DNA of 64,000 bases from Monocercomonoides exilis PA203 (Eukaryota; Protista; Preaxostyla), in the NCBI GenBank assembly GCA_001643675.2, contig LSRY02000006.1:1240001-1304000 (forward strand). The letters are read 5' to 3'. The notes beneath the pieces were generated by a model. That model saw nothing but the letters and a program-made list of their open reading frames with translations, was not told the origin of the DNA and ran no database searches. How positions within the stretch are numbered: position 1 is the stretch's first letter; each line of letters starts with the position of its first letter. Both the position numbers and the translations under genes were made by a program. Positions 11,287-24,621 of this stretch are shown one piece after another.

Positions 11287-14057
11287 TTAATAGTAATATT
11301 GTCCCGGAATAGAATAAGGTGGAGGCTGCTGAACAGGAAGAGATTGAAATGGCGGATAAGGAGGCGAATAACCCTGGGGAATCGGCTGAGGAATTCCTTG
11401 TTGAGGAGGAAGATGATATGAATGAGGAGGCATTTGAGAGGGATAAGGCGAAGGCTGGGCGAAAGGAGCACCGCCCTGGGGAGGCTGGAGATGAGGTGGA
11501 ATTTGCTGTGATTGCTGGGGCGGCAGGCGTCCCACAGGAACCATCGGGGCAGATATATTAGGCTGCTGGTACATGTAACCAGCCTGTGACTGCTGCGGCA
11601 TTTGATTCATTTGAGACATCTGATTCATTTGATTCATTTGTGGCATCTGAGCCGACGGCGCAGCAGGCGCAGGGAAGTGGCCTGCCATTGCCTGGCCCTT
11701 CGCCCCGGACTGCGTCTGCTGCAGTGCCGAAGCAGAGAACAGCGACTGGTCTGACTGATGTGTGGTGTGGGTGGATGGGGTGTCTGACTGTGAAGTGGTG
11801 GAGTCTGCGTCCAGCGATGTGTTAGACAGCACTCCGTTCCCTTGGATCTGCTCCGCCTGCAGCTTGTCCAGAAGCTCCGACAGGCTCTCGTCGCCGCCTG
11901 CCAGAGGATTCAGCAGCTTCTTCTTCTTCTTCTTGCCGGCACTCCCAGAACTTCCTGCATCGCTGCTGTGGTGCGACTCAGAAGAACGGTGCTCTGACTG
12001 ATGTTCTGTTGATTCCTTTGAATCTGATGCTTCTTTATCTGTTTTTCTACGACTGCTTTCATTTTTTTCTGTTTGGTGATGAACTCTTTCATTGGCATTT
12101 TGTGCAGAAGAAGCAGAAGAAGACGACGAAGCTTCTGAAGAATCTTCTCGAGGGGATTGAGGGATATTTTGTGCAGGCTGATATGAAGACGGTGAATATA
12201 ATGATTCAGAAGAAGAAGAAGTTGAAGAAGAAGTTGAAGAAGAAGAAGAAGAAGAAGAAGAAGAAGAAGAAGGATGCAGTGGAGAAGCTGAATGGTTATT
12301 ATACGGGGCATCGTTATTTGAAGGCGATGCCATCGAATCAGAAAGTGGAGTTGTCATCGACGGTGAGTATGGAGGAGAGAGTGTTGAGTCGTCAACACTT
12401 GAAGCATAACCCAAGCTATTCTGAAATGCAGACTGTGTTTTTTTCTTCATGTCATCCATTTCCATTGATCCATCAAATAATCGAGAAGAATCAGTAGAGC
12501 TTGGATGATTGCTAACAGATCTATAATCATCATCGTCATCATCACTGGAATATTTCATCCTGATAGGATCAGTATATTTGTTCTCAAATTTGTTTGCTCC
12601 ATCTCTGAAATGCTCATATTCGCTTGAACTTCTTCTTTCGTCTTTTTTGCTGGATGAAGAATCATATCTACGAACATCGCTGCCTGTGTTGAAGTTTGAG
12701 GAATACGCAATTCCAACATCATTCGCATTAATGTCGTTGCTATCTTCTTCAACTCCTTCACCCTCTTCTTCTTCTTCTTCCCTTTCTTCTCTTAACCTGT
12801 CCCATTCCCTTCGCCTTCGCTTTGTTGGTGCTTCACTTAATAATCCTAGTTCGTTATTCTCCTCTCCTTTCACACTCCTTCCTTCCCCTTCTTCATCCTC
12901 CTCTTCTCCAGGTATTTTCACTCTGCCTTCTTTTATTGCTTCTGCAAGCTCTGTCATTTCTTCTTCATCTTCTTCTGCTGCAATTCCTTTCATTGCAAGT
13001 GCTTTCCGCTTTGAAGCCTGAGATAATTTTTTCTCTATCATCCCTTTGACCTCATCAAGCAACGCCATCATATCTCGTTCGTTTTGTTCGGACACTGATA
13101 GTAATTCTATGTATGGTGTGAATGAAGATGGTACTTCACCTTCTTTCTGAGAGTTTTGCTGAGATGCTTTTCCAAATGAGATTGAAAAAAAAAATGAATA
13201 ATAAAAGATTCAGATGGTTATTTACAAAAATAGCATCACACTTGAAGATATTTGATTTGGATCGTCTGCTGCAGATGCAGACTCCAGAAGCAAAGAAAGA
13301 GATAAGCTTTTTATTTCCTTGGTTAATTGCTTGGAAACAACTAAATAATTACTTAAATCTTGAATAAACTGTAATCATTTCGCAAAAGCAAATTACAAAG
13401 TAAAATAAATCCATAAAAACAAAATACAAACATCTTTGATCATTAATGAATCTTGATCGTCATCGGGCTCTTCAACAAATTTAATGGTTGAAATCGGAGG
13501 AAACTGTGGTTTTTTAACTTTCTGAACTTTTTTCTTTGAAATTTGAGTATTTTGCAATTTTTCAGTTTCTTTCAATTTTTCACTTTCATCCTAATTAACA
13601 ATTAGAAAAGCATTGATTCACTTAATAGGGTTTAAATAAATAGTTCAACACAAACATTTCTTTTTGCAGATATTTTTCTAAGACTCATTGCTTCTTCAGG
13701 AGTAAATACATTTCGTATCTCGAGTATTTGTATTACTCTCATAATAGAATTGAATGTTTTTTCATCAACATTTCGAAGTAAACCTTCACTAAATAACTGA
13801 CAAAATGATTTATAAAAAGGTTGTGTAAATGCATGTGTCTTTTTTCTTGCGTTTTGAAGTATGTCGTTTGCAATATAAAAAAACAAAAGAAGTTTTTCTG
13901 GAGGTGCGTTTCTGCATTCTTGTGTCCAGGCGTCGACGACAGCTTCATAATCCTTCTTATGAAAAAGCACCCACTGCGTCAAAGTTTCTATAGAAGCCTG
14001 TGTTCCTTTGCACGAATGCATTTTTGAACAGAATTCTTTCCGGTTAAATGTTGACAT
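11287..14057 (-). CDS. RNA Pol II CTD-interacting domain (CID) protein, RPRD1/2 / Rtt103-like; multi-exon
   Basis: The N-terminus MSTFNRKEF...GTQASIETLTQWVLFHKK...KLLLFFYIANDILQNARKK...RVIQILEIRNVF is a typical RPR/CID. Short introns lead to a long Ser/Gln/Pro-rich last exon. Confidence 0.85.
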
Positions 14058-14411
14058 TTTTTTGCTTTTTGATGATTATTTCAAGAAATAGAAAAAATTC
14101 AACAGATCTTACCCTTCATTGTATAAGTCGATCAAACTTCCTTTGAACAACTCAAAATAACACAAAAGAATCCACGAAAATAAGTAATAAATAAAAACAT
14201 ATAACTCTAACATAAAATTTGTTGTGATTATAACTTAACAATTTGAAATATGAAGAAATAATTATGAAACTATTGCTATGAAAATTTTCACAGATTTTGA
14301 AAGTTAAGAGGCCATCTAAATTCCCAATTAACTTCCTTAATGCATCCTGAAATTTTTAAAAAAATAATTGTTTAAAACTTCTTTAACAATGAAAAAGAAA
14401 GAAAATTTTAT

Positions 14412-16604
14412 TCACGTTGGCTTTGGCGCTGAATTTGAACGAATGAAATTATGAACATTCCGTTCACATGTTTGTTGAATAGCTTGAATGTTTGATTGCA
14501 TAGCATGTCTTTCCGTTCCTTCTTTTGCTTTTTCAATCTGTGTTCATAATTTTATTGTTTGAATTATGTTTGAAAATGGATAAATATAATGGAAAATAAA
14601 TTCAATTATTGCATTTTGTGTTAAACATTTAAAAAATCTGAAGCATACAAGTTGTTGCGAATCAAAGCAGATGCACTGAATGACTGTGTTTGGCTCTAAA
14701 ACAGCATTTAATTCCTGTATTCCTTTTAGAGAAAGCCTGTGGTTTCGCCTCAAGTCGATTCTCAGCAGCGTTCGATTTGTTGACAGAGCATGTGTTATAA
14801 ATATAAGGTCTATAAGAAAAGATTTAATTGTGTAAAATTAAATTATGATTTATCAAAGAGTATGAGAAAACAAACCATCAGAGCATATTTCGGAAGATGC
14901 TATTCCCAATGTTGTGAGCGTTGAATTGCTCGTCAGCAGCTCGCCAAGATACTTACTCTATTTGCATGAGGAAAAATATTTTTTGAAAAAAGAAATTGAT
15001 AAAAAAAAAAAAAAAAGAGAGAGAGAGAGAGAGAGAATAAACAATAAAAATTCAATTCATTCTTTTGCATGTAAATGATTAATTTGTATTTTATCGCACA
15101 CCCCTTCAAATCCAACAGTGTTGCTTCCCACATCAAAATGCTGAAGAGTCAAATTTTCCATCAACCCATTGCACAAATGTCCAATCCCAACTGGAGACAA
15201 ATGAGTTGCCCTATTAAAATTGAAATAAAAATAGAAAATATAATTTCCAATCGCTCACATATATGATACCATAAAATGAGTGACAAGAGGGTTCTGTTTG
15301 TTTTAAGACAAAAAGACAGCTTGAGAGCTCCATCATCCTTCACAACATAATAGCGTTTCATAAATAAACCAAATTTTATGATAAAAATTATTACAATATA
15401 AAAAACTCTATAATTCTAAGAAGACTGATGACACACTCCAATGTTGTTGTTCCTTAAATCGAGTGATGCTAATTGAGATGTGAAAAGGCAGCCCTCATCC
15501 AAGCTCTTTGTGGGAGCTGATGAATAACCCCAAAGCCATTCCGAAGCCATTTTACATTAGTGTCCAGAATGAAACATAATAATAAAACAAAAAATTTTAT
15601 AGTTCAATAAAAAATAAAAAGGAATACTTATAGATTTCATATGAAGTTGTTCGATTTCCTTTTCATTTTTCTTTCGATTCAATGATTCCTCGTATTCACT
15701 ATTGTCTTCTTTCCCTTCAATTTTTTTATCATTTTGCTCTCTATTCTTTTTCTCTCTCTCTTGCATCTGAATTGGAATAAATGGAGGCAATGGAATTGTA
15801 TCTTTCAAAAACATTGAAATAAAATCTGCTGATTGAGCCGTCAGTTGATTTTCTCCTAAGGCCAGTGACAAAAGCGTGGTGTTTGCAACTAATGATCTGC
15901 TTAAAAATTGTATTTCAGTTGCAACCGAACTGTTAGACGTAATGCCATTCATTTTCAATATTTCCAAATGGCAGAATGATGATGCCAATGCTTTTCCAAT
16001 GCATTGCAAACCACTTGAATCGATATGATTAAATGATATGTCGAGAACTCTTAATGGATGTCCATTTTTAATCATCTCTGAAAGTATTGAACATGATTTC
16101 ATTGACAGCGCTTTGCAATTTCTTAAATTTAATACATTCAATGTTGAAGTTTGGCGAGCTGACTCAAGGATAATTTCTGCTGTCTATAAATCGTTAGAAA
16201 TTGATAACAATTAGAATTTGAAAAAAGTTCAAACATCTTCTTTCAGACTTCCTTCAAAATCCAAAATATGAATAAACGAATTTTTTGAAGCAGATATTAA
16301 CGCTGCAATAGCTTTGCACTGAGCACGAGAAATAGGAGAATCTAAAAAAGAATTTTTATATTTTGCTCAACAAAAAAAGCAAACCCCGTATTGTAATTGC
16401 ATTTACAGGATCTTCTTTCTTTGATGCTGACTGAGTAATATTTTGTTGAAGTTTCTAAATGTTTTTTCAAAAGATAAAGCAAACTGTCAATGTTGCAAGA
16501 AGAGAAGGAATTGGAGGAATATGTCGAGATTCACATTCGGATTTATAACTATTTAAACTGTTTAACGCTGCACCAAATGTAGTTTGAGTTCCAGCGTCCA
16601 ACAT
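14412..16604 (-). CDS. RNI-like leucine-rich repeat protein (NLRC3/PPP1R37-type LRRs); multi-exon, boundaries approximate
   Basis: Repeats across spliced exons: LRVLDISFNHIDSSG, NTTLLSLALGENQL, LASLDLRNNNIG/DDGALKLSFCLKTNRTLLSLIL, NRTLLRIDLRRN. Confidence 0.75.
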
Positions 16605-16824
16605 TAAACCTGTAAACAACGAAAAAAAAGAAAGAGTAACCATATTTATTTAATGAAATGCAATTGCTTAATTCATAACTATTCAGTTTTCTTTATAACA
16701 ATGTTTATTGTTTGTGAAAGTATCCTATCAAACAATATAAAGAATAACTTACAGTGAAATCAACAACAATGCCATTTGGCAAATATGATTATGGTGCACA
16801 GATAATTTTTTTGCTTTTTTCCAG

Positions 16825-17388
16825 ATGCCAAAGCAAAAATCCTCAAAAAAACCTTCAGATGGCCCTGTGGCAGGTGAAGGAAAAAGGTTGAATTCAGAGT
16901 TTTATGCTGATGGAGCACTTGTTGTTGCAGAAAAATTAGTTGGAAAAGTTCTTTGCAGAAAACTTGAAGATGGAAGTATTTTGAGGAAAAGAATAACTGA
17001 AGCAGAAGCCTACATAGGCGAAGAAGATTCGGCATGTCATGCTCGTGTTGGCAGGACCGCTAGAACTTCTGTGATGTATGAGAGCGGAGGACATGTTTAT
17101 ATGTTCGTATGCTACGGAATACACAATATGTTTAATGTTGTAACAGGGAAAAGTGGTCATCCTGAAGTTGCTTTAATTCGTGGTATTGCAGGATATGACG
17201 GACCTGGTCGTGTTACAAAGGCAATGCATATGGATAAATCATTGAATGGAATCGACATGACCACTTCAAAAGTTTTGTGGATTGAAGACGATGGATTTTC
17301 GTTTGACATTAAAAAAACAAAGCGTATAGGAATCGATTATGCTTCGGAACCTTATAAAAGTATTGAATGGAGATTTGTTAGATGTTGA
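16825..17388 (+). CDS. MPG: 3-methyladenine DNA glycosylase (MPG/AAG family), intronless, bacterial-type
   Basis: Family motifs: VAEKLVGKVL, RITEAEAYIGEEDSACHA, YMFVCYGIHNMFNVVT, ALIRG, GPGRVTKAM, RIGIDYA..WRF. Confidence 0.93.
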   Translation: MPKQKSSKKPSDGPVAGEGKRLNSEFYADGALVVAEKLVGKVLCRKLEDGSILRKRITEAEAYIGEEDSACHARVGRTARTSVMYESGGHVYMFVCYGIHNMFNVVTGKSGHPEVALIRGIAGYDGPGRVTKAMHMDKSLNGIDMTTSKVLWIEDDGFSFDIKKTKRIGIDYASEPYKSIEWRFVRC

Positions 17389-18212
17389 TTTTAATATTCT
17401 AACATAATTTATCAGGAAGCATTGTTCGGACTTGTTCTTATTTTCAAATTTTTTATTGTTATATCTGTCATTTATTCAATCAATTTCAATTAAAATGAAT
17501 CGTTGTTCTATGTTAGAAAAAGATGAAGTTTAATTAAAATTTCAAAAAAATTATACAATTTTTAAATTTTGTTAGAGATTCAAATTTTCCGTTCATTTTG
17601 CTTTATTTGAAAAGAATTTTATTCAAAAGTGATGTGTTAATTGAGGGAGTGTATTAGACTTGAAGTATTTTTTTTTTTTTTTTATTTTAATTTTTCGAAT
17701 GAAGAGTTCAAATATTTGTCAAAATTTCTGGAAACGAAAGTAAAAATTAATTTCTGTAAGAAAGGGGAAAAAAATTTTTTTTTTATTTTGAATTTTAAAA
17801 ATTTCTTGATATGACACCTCTCAAAAGACAAAAATCATATTTGTTGATATCAACAAGTTTCTATTTTCTTTTCGCAAAAAAAATGTGTAAATGATTTGGA
17901 GACAGAAAGAATCAACTGATGTCTTTGGAAAAAACAAGTTTTCATTCAATAAATCATAAACCTTTTCCTTTTTTGAAAATGTCTGCATAAATTATTTTGT
18001 CAATAGAGATAAATTTTTATCTTGTTTGGTGAAACACTTTTTAAACCATCGAATGATTTCAAAATTTCCTTCAGAATAGTACTTGCGATTAATTATTCAA
18101 AAATTGAATTGTTCTTCGTTCAATCATTTTTAACTCGCAATTCTTCAATAACATAAACTTCCTTTATCTGTGCCATTTAATTTCTTTACAAAATGTGGGA
18201 AAATATGGACTT

Positions 18213-20024
18213 TCAAGCTTTTTTTGCCCAAGGCATTAAAGAATTGCTCCGTTCATAACTTTTTTTCGCTTTTTCAAATTTCAAAATTAATTTGTTTTTC
18301 ATATCAGCAAACAGGCATCGTTGAAATCAAAACATAAAGAATTGTGACATTTCACGAATGTCAAAAATTGAACTCATTTTTATTGAGTTTTTTGATCTCA
18401 ATATGTCAATGAAAAGTGCAAATTCTATCAATGAAAATGCCTGAAGTGATGTGTTTTACCCCAAATGAAAATTTTTTGGATTCCTCCAAATCAACTTGTT
18501 TCATATGCACTCACTTGAACTCCTTCTCTAACCTGATAGATTATTTTTGGAGACAAAAGATGATCTGTCAAAGAAAAAAGAAAATTCTGATAACAGGAAT
18601 AAAAGATGAAAAGACATGGAAATGTTAAAGAATTTTAGGGATAATTAAAAAGTTAACAATTCATTCTTTTTATTAAGAAAGTGTTGCTTGAAATTTTATC
18701 TTAATGTTTTCATGCCTAAATAAGAAAAAGGAACAGGAAAGAATTGGTTGAAGTCAACTGAAGCCAATAAAATGAAAGAAGAATCCAAAGATTAATTTTG
18801 TGTTTTTCTTTTTGAATTAATCTTTCGAATCATTTTGAGGATTGAAAACATTTGTGGTTGATATTTTGTGATGATGAATCAGGTTTTAATGCATGTGAAG
18901 AAACAGAAATTTTCGACCTTATTGAGGGAACAGATGAAAATTGTGAAATTGATCACACGCCTGTTGAAAAAAGTGAGAAAAAGATATGGCTCTTTTATTT
19001 TTGTTAAGTGACTTTTGTTTTTTTACCAAATAATAATCAGTATTTCATATTTCGATCAAAAATTTGTTCCTAATCACGAATATTCACTAAAATGGAAATA
19101 AAAACATTGTCAAGATTTTGATATCCATTTAAGAAAAATCTCGTAAGCGTGAACAGAAAATAAATGAAAATATGAATTATAATTTAATTTGAACATTTAT
19201 CAAAAGGAACTTTTTCAAAGAATGAGCTATATCGTGACTTCATTGTATTTCGCTTGATGGACCTTTTGTTCCTCCTTGCTTTTTGGTACAAAAACCATTC
19301 TTCGGCAAATCCCTTCATTCACTGGGCTATCAAACCGGAATTCATGGGAGTGAGGAAATCGGAGATTCGTCTTTTTTTGCGACCTGAGTTGTTTGAAAAC
19401 AGAACTTTGAAAGTTTTCATCTATCATCAAAAATTGAGAAGAATGAATATGCCAGACAAACACACACAGACAGTGTTGATGCTTGACGGATGCAGAATCC
19501 ACCTGTCAGAGAATGGATTGACTCGAATTGCTAATAAAAATGTTTTGCTTTTGGCTTTGCCTCCGAATGCTACACATTTGCTGCTTTCATTGAAATTATC
19601 AATTTTCTTAATTTGGATGTTTAAAATTCAACAGGTAAGATCTGGTTCGACACATGATAGCGTGAAACAACTTTTGTGTGTTGCAATAAATATTACATTT
19701 AAAGTTTTTTCATCGATCTGTATTTTTTCTTTATTCAAAGAAAGTGGACTTCTGAATGATTCTCACAAAACTTCTTCAATAGTGCAGATCTTCAAAGAAA
19801 GCTTTGAAAAAGTGATTGAAATTGTCAAATTGGGCAACAAGTCATTGCCACTGTCATGCACAAGACAAACAAGACAAACAAAAGGAGGAGAGTGGGGAAT
19901 TATGAACATTGACAAAATGCCAGTTAATTTTGGACTTCCGCAATAAACAACACTTGGTGAACAATTGATATGTCTAAGAGTTTTTTTCATTCATATTTCA
20001 TGGAGCATTTCAAAAAAAGCTCGA
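18213..20024 (+). mobile_element. Degenerate pogo/Tigger-like (DDE_1) DNA transposon, ~1.8 kb
   Basis: Broken frames contain WLIFCDDESGF (~18854-18886; cf. IFNxDETG), LMLDGCRIH and LLALPPNATHLLLSLK (cf. LPPxTTHLLQPLD). Candidate decayed TIRs are TCAAGCTTTTTTTG...GAATTGCTCC (18213-18250) and GGAGCATTTCAAAAAAAGCTCGA (20002-20024). Confidence 0.65.
18854..19946 (+). pseudogene. DDE_1 transposase pseudogene
   Basis: Catalytic-motif fragments are split by stops or frameshifts, and the third catalytic Asp (QPLD) reads LSLK. Confidence 0.7.
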
Positions 20025-20313
20025 TTAAATAAATAAAACATTCATAAAACTTTTGTTTATATTAATTTAATTATTTCAAAAAGAATTAACAATTAACAAG
20101 AGTAATGAATTACTGAAATATTTCGATATTGAATAAAAATATTAAAAACAATTAAAGACAGTTGATGCTTCATTTATAATAATTAACACACATTCAGATA
20201 AAAATATCCTTTAACTTTAAATTAAAAATGAAAATCCAATTAAAAAAACAAAAGTATCAAATATTCTATTAAAAATTTATGTAATATAACATAAAATAGT
20301 GTATCACGAAAAC

Positions 20314-23300
20314 TCATTCTTTACCTGCTTTTTCTCGTTTTTCTTTTCCCTCCTTTAAAACTTCCGCAAGTTTAACCTGTGCACGTGAGGAAAGCATAAT
20401 TTGGTCTGACGCAGTCTTTACAGCTTCTTCGCCCACAATAAAGACCAAATCCGCCACCAGCTTTGACCCAGTCTCGCGAAGATCGATGCTGCTACCGTCC
20501 ATCGCCCTCAGCGCTGCTGGGAGCGCGGAACGCTTCAAAAGCGAAGTGGAGCTGCGGGAAAGAGGCTGGGTAATTAAATAAATTTTAATAAAACATTACA
20601 AAATTTAAATCAAATTAAAATAAATAATCATAAAATCAAAAAATAAATTGAGTGGACACACTTTTTTGCACAGAAGAGATATGAAGCCGAACATCAGATG
20701 GCGCGCCTTCTGCGGCACAACTCCCGAGTTCAGCACAGACACATACGACGACACCAGCAGATCAGGGCTCATCCAGTCAGACGTCACACACATCGAGCGC
20801 AGCACACCTTCAGCCGCGTTGGATATACCTCCTCCGCTGCCTCTGGTTGGAGACGCCGACGGAGCTGAGTTGAATGCAGAGGAAGAATACAGCGCTGCAG
20901 AAGAGCCTCCGCTGCTTGCATGGCCCATGGCCTGTGCAAGTGCAGTCACAGCCATCGTCAGAGTGGAGTCCAGCCCTTGCCGAAGGATCACGAAGCTCGA
21001 CCCGAAGAGCTCTATTGCTTTCAGCTGGACAGACGTGTTCGGGTCAGAAAGACGCTGAATCAGCATTTCAACAAGCACCTGAGACCCGCGCTGCACATCA
21101 CGCAGGACGCTGACATCATCTGATGAATGAGCATCTGGCTGAGGAGAAGCAGATGAGGAAGATGAGTTCGAAGAAGTGGACTTGTTCATTACAGAAAGCG
21201 AGTACGAAAAAGAAGCTGAAGAAGCTGACGGAATGCCTCCGCTATTCACCACATGTGCTGCAAAGCATATTGTTGGGATGGGCTGTGTCATCAGATACTT
21301 CGACAGGATGTCCAGCCCTGCTTTCCTGTCGATCCAGCTGGACGATCTTAGCTCTGCCAGCGCCACAGGCAGCGCATCCACAATCTCCCCGCTCACCTTC
21401 ACCTGTGCTGGAGCAGCTGTTGCTGTGCGCCGCTTCTCGCTGAGCGTCGACATGCCACTTGCACCAGTCACAAGACGAGACCGGCGGCTCGCCATCATCG
21501 ACCGAGAGTGCAGTGACCGCATCACAGGCGTCGGAGGAAACACGGCATCTTCTCCCTCTGCTTCTCCTGCACTGCGCTTGAGGGCTTCTTTTGCTGTGTA
21601 TTTTGTTTCTCCATCTCCGCTTGACAGTGCTCTATTGTTTTCTCTGCTTGATGGTCCCTTCGTAGCTGCCATTGTCGAAGGCTCGTAACGACACTGCTCT
21701 TTCATTGGTGCAGGAGACAGCGATCCAAACGCACCCAGCGACTGCTCATCTCTAAAGTACATCGAGGCCGACGATGGAGGAGTGGATGTAGTAGTTTCGT
21801 GTGACTGTGCGTGTGCTGATGAAGGCGGGGTTGTCCAGAACCCAGTGCCCGATTCAGCGACGGACCCTCTCCGCAGCAGCGGCGTGGCCACGCTGGATGA
21901 GCAGTTGAGGGCGCCCTCTGTGTCTGAGGAGTGGTTGGAGGCTCGGCTATACGGCTGGTACGACGAGTGGCCAAGTAGAGGCGAAGTCGCAAGGGGCGTC
22001 ACAGGAAACGGGGAAGAAGACGCAACAGACATCCCCAGCAGCTCATTCGCATCATCGGGGATTTCGTCGTCGATCAGGTTGACTGCTGCATTGGCGCTGC
22101 TTTCTCTTTCTCTCAATCCGAATTCTTTGTCTTCTGGCAGCTTCATGTCTTCGTCAGAGATTGAGCGGAAGCCTGTGCCGTCGATCGTCTTTCGCCTTTC
22201 GGTTGATTTGTGCAGTGTGCGCTTGCCCAGTCTCTCGTTGAGGCTCAAAGAAGGAGGCGGAACTAGTGAGGAAGAAGAAGAGCCAGGTGATATAGAAGCA
22301 ATAGATTTAGCAGGAGTTGTTGTTGTTGTTGATGTTGTTGAAGAGGAGGAGGAGGAAGAAGAAGAAGAAGAATAAGAGTCAGTTGTTGTTGAAATACCAA
22401 AAGAAGCAGAATTTGAGTTTGAATTAGAAGAAGTAGCCGAAGAAGGTGATATCAATCCGCCTGACGAAGACGAGCACACTTTCATCTGCGACTGCAGCGA
22501 CTCTGCCGAATAAGCTTCTTGTGCGTGGCGCTGCTTCGGCCGCGAAGGAGAAGGCGAAAGAGAATAAACGTTGAATCTCGTTGGGTTGCCCTTCACTTCA
22601 GAAACAGTCTTTTTAAACGTGCTGTACTCGTCCTGCTTCGGAATGTACTGCTGAATCCAGTTGTCCATCGGCTCAAACACAACAGTTGCCCCTTCTTTCT
22701 CTCTGCCTGCCACCACACTCCAGTTCGTCCGCTGCAGCAGCTCGTATATCTCTTTCCTCGCCTCTTCACGACAGTCCGGGCTGGCGTCGTGAATGCCCCT
22801 CACAACACACCCAATCAGCTGTGGAAGGTCTCTCCAGCGAATCAAGTCCAGCCCTTCTGCACCTGACGATCCTTTGCTCCCCTTTCCAGTTCCCATAACA
22901 CTGCCACTGCTGATTCCTGAGAGAATTGGAGAGCGGCAGAGCATTGGTGATGAGTTGGCTGCCATTGGAGTGGAAGGCGTGTATGACTTACGAGGCACTT
23001 TAGGCGTAGATTCACTCCGTGTTCTGACAGGAGCGCGCTTCGGAGTTGCAACAGAAGAGGTCGGAGACTTCAGACGAGAGATTTTTGGAGATGTTGTTGG
23101 AGAGATCGAAGGGTTTGACAGCATAGCAGACGAGTCGATTGGCGTTCTGCGCTGCGAAGAAGCAGAAGAAGCCGAACCAGAAGAGGAAGAAGCAGACGAG
23201 TTTGAGGAAGTGGAAGATGCTGATGTCAGTGCTAAGCGCGATGGATCGTCTGCATCCATCAGCTCCGAAGACATCGACAGCACAGCCTGCGAATCGGGCA

Positions 23301-24621
23301 GAGGCAGCCGCGACAGCCCAAACGCTGTGAAGCGGTGCACACGCAACCGCACCGCTACTGCTTTGTGCGTCTGGTACACCCACAGCTTGGGCAGGTTGCG
23401 CATGATGGAGTTCGGATTGGTGGAGTAGATGGCTCCCAGCACAGAGTCCACGCCAGCTCCGATAAACCCGCTGGTCTCGAGCACTTTCTTCATCAGCGCG
23501 CGGAGGACGACCTCCACCTCGACGTCCAGCCAGCGCCCGAGGATGAGGAAGAGCTCGGCCAGTGCAGCTAGTGCTGACCTGGCGAGCTGCGAGCGCAGAC
23601 TTTCCACAAGCCCCAGCACCGCCATCACCACCTCGTGCAGGCTCGTCGATAGCGCCCGCATCTCCGTGCCGCACTCACGCGCCACTGTGACGATGATGCC
23701 GAGCCCTTTGCTCTGCGTGGTCCACTCCTTCTGCCCAGTCATCGCCACCGCCTGCCGCAGCTCGGCGTCTGCACCACGTGAAATATCAGCCATTTCGAAG
23801 GAGACAGCTGGGTCGATAGAGAACAGCGCATCTGGGGTGAAGGTGGTAAGCGAAGCATCGGCGCCTCCAGAGGAGGAGAAGGGAGACGGTGTCGGATAGG
23901 GAGTTGAAGACAAGGAAGGCGACGATGATAAAAATGAAGACATTGATGTTGGGGTGGATGATGGATGCGTGTGTACAAGTGATGTGGGTTCTTGTGACAT
24001 GGGGGTAATTGACCGCGAGTCGGTACTGTTCAAAGAAGATGTAGCTGAAAGTGAATTCGACAGATCAGGAGTAATATGATTTGATAGATATCCAGCGTTG
24101 GTGATGGAAAAAGATGTAAGTGCGGAGGAAGCATTTAGTGCTTCAGATGAGGTATAAGATGAAGCAGATGAAGGAATTGAAGATTGAGCACAATGATCAC
24201 GATTATTCTTCAATCTCCTACGACAACTAAATCTTTGTGGAAGATATGGTGATGGAGGATGAAGTGTTGAACTCAATGAAATGTAACCAGTTGATGAAGC
24301 AGGTGCTGATAACGGTAAAGAAGAAGGTGGAGTTGTTGGAAAAGCGTTATATGTCGAAACAGCATCAGACATTGTTGCAGCTGTCGATGGATTATTTATT
24401 TCAGTTCCCGAACCAAACACTCCCAACGATACATACTCAGTATTATTTGGTGAAATGGAATTTGAAAGATCCATTGTTGAGGATATAGAAGAATGTTGAG
24501 ATGAATTTGAATATTGCAATGAAGGAGATGTTAACTGCTTTGCAACAGATGGAACATAAGAAATTGCTGCTTGCTGAGTTCTTGCTAGGTCATCGGTATT
24601 TTCTTTGATATCAATTGACAT
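20314..24621 (-). CDS. TOG-domain microtubule regulator, TOGARAM/crescerin (FAM179)/CLASP-like; one intron at ~20571-20661
   Basis: First TOG: EWTTQSKGL...LHEVVMAVLGLVESLRSQLARSALAALAELF...LMKKVLETSGFI...IHDASPDCREEARK. Second TOG: LRSSSWIDRKAG...IQRLSDPNTSVQLKAIELF. Long Ser-rich linkers separate them. Confidence 0.8.

Noticed and set aside
15520-15628. Apparent intron lacking an AG acceptor in the LRR gene
   Set aside because: A slightly more distal CAG (TCATCAG|CT) restores the frame, so the intron is canonical.
17841-17856. Perfect 16-bp palindrome TTGTTGATATCAACAA, with a similar near-palindrome at ~38170-38189
   Set aside because: Short and AT-rich, plausible by chance, and with no supporting context.
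18114-18127. 14-nt inverted match to the giant ORF start (ATGATTGAACGAAG)
   Set aside because: Many 14-mer matches are expected by chance in 64 kb of AT-rich DNA.
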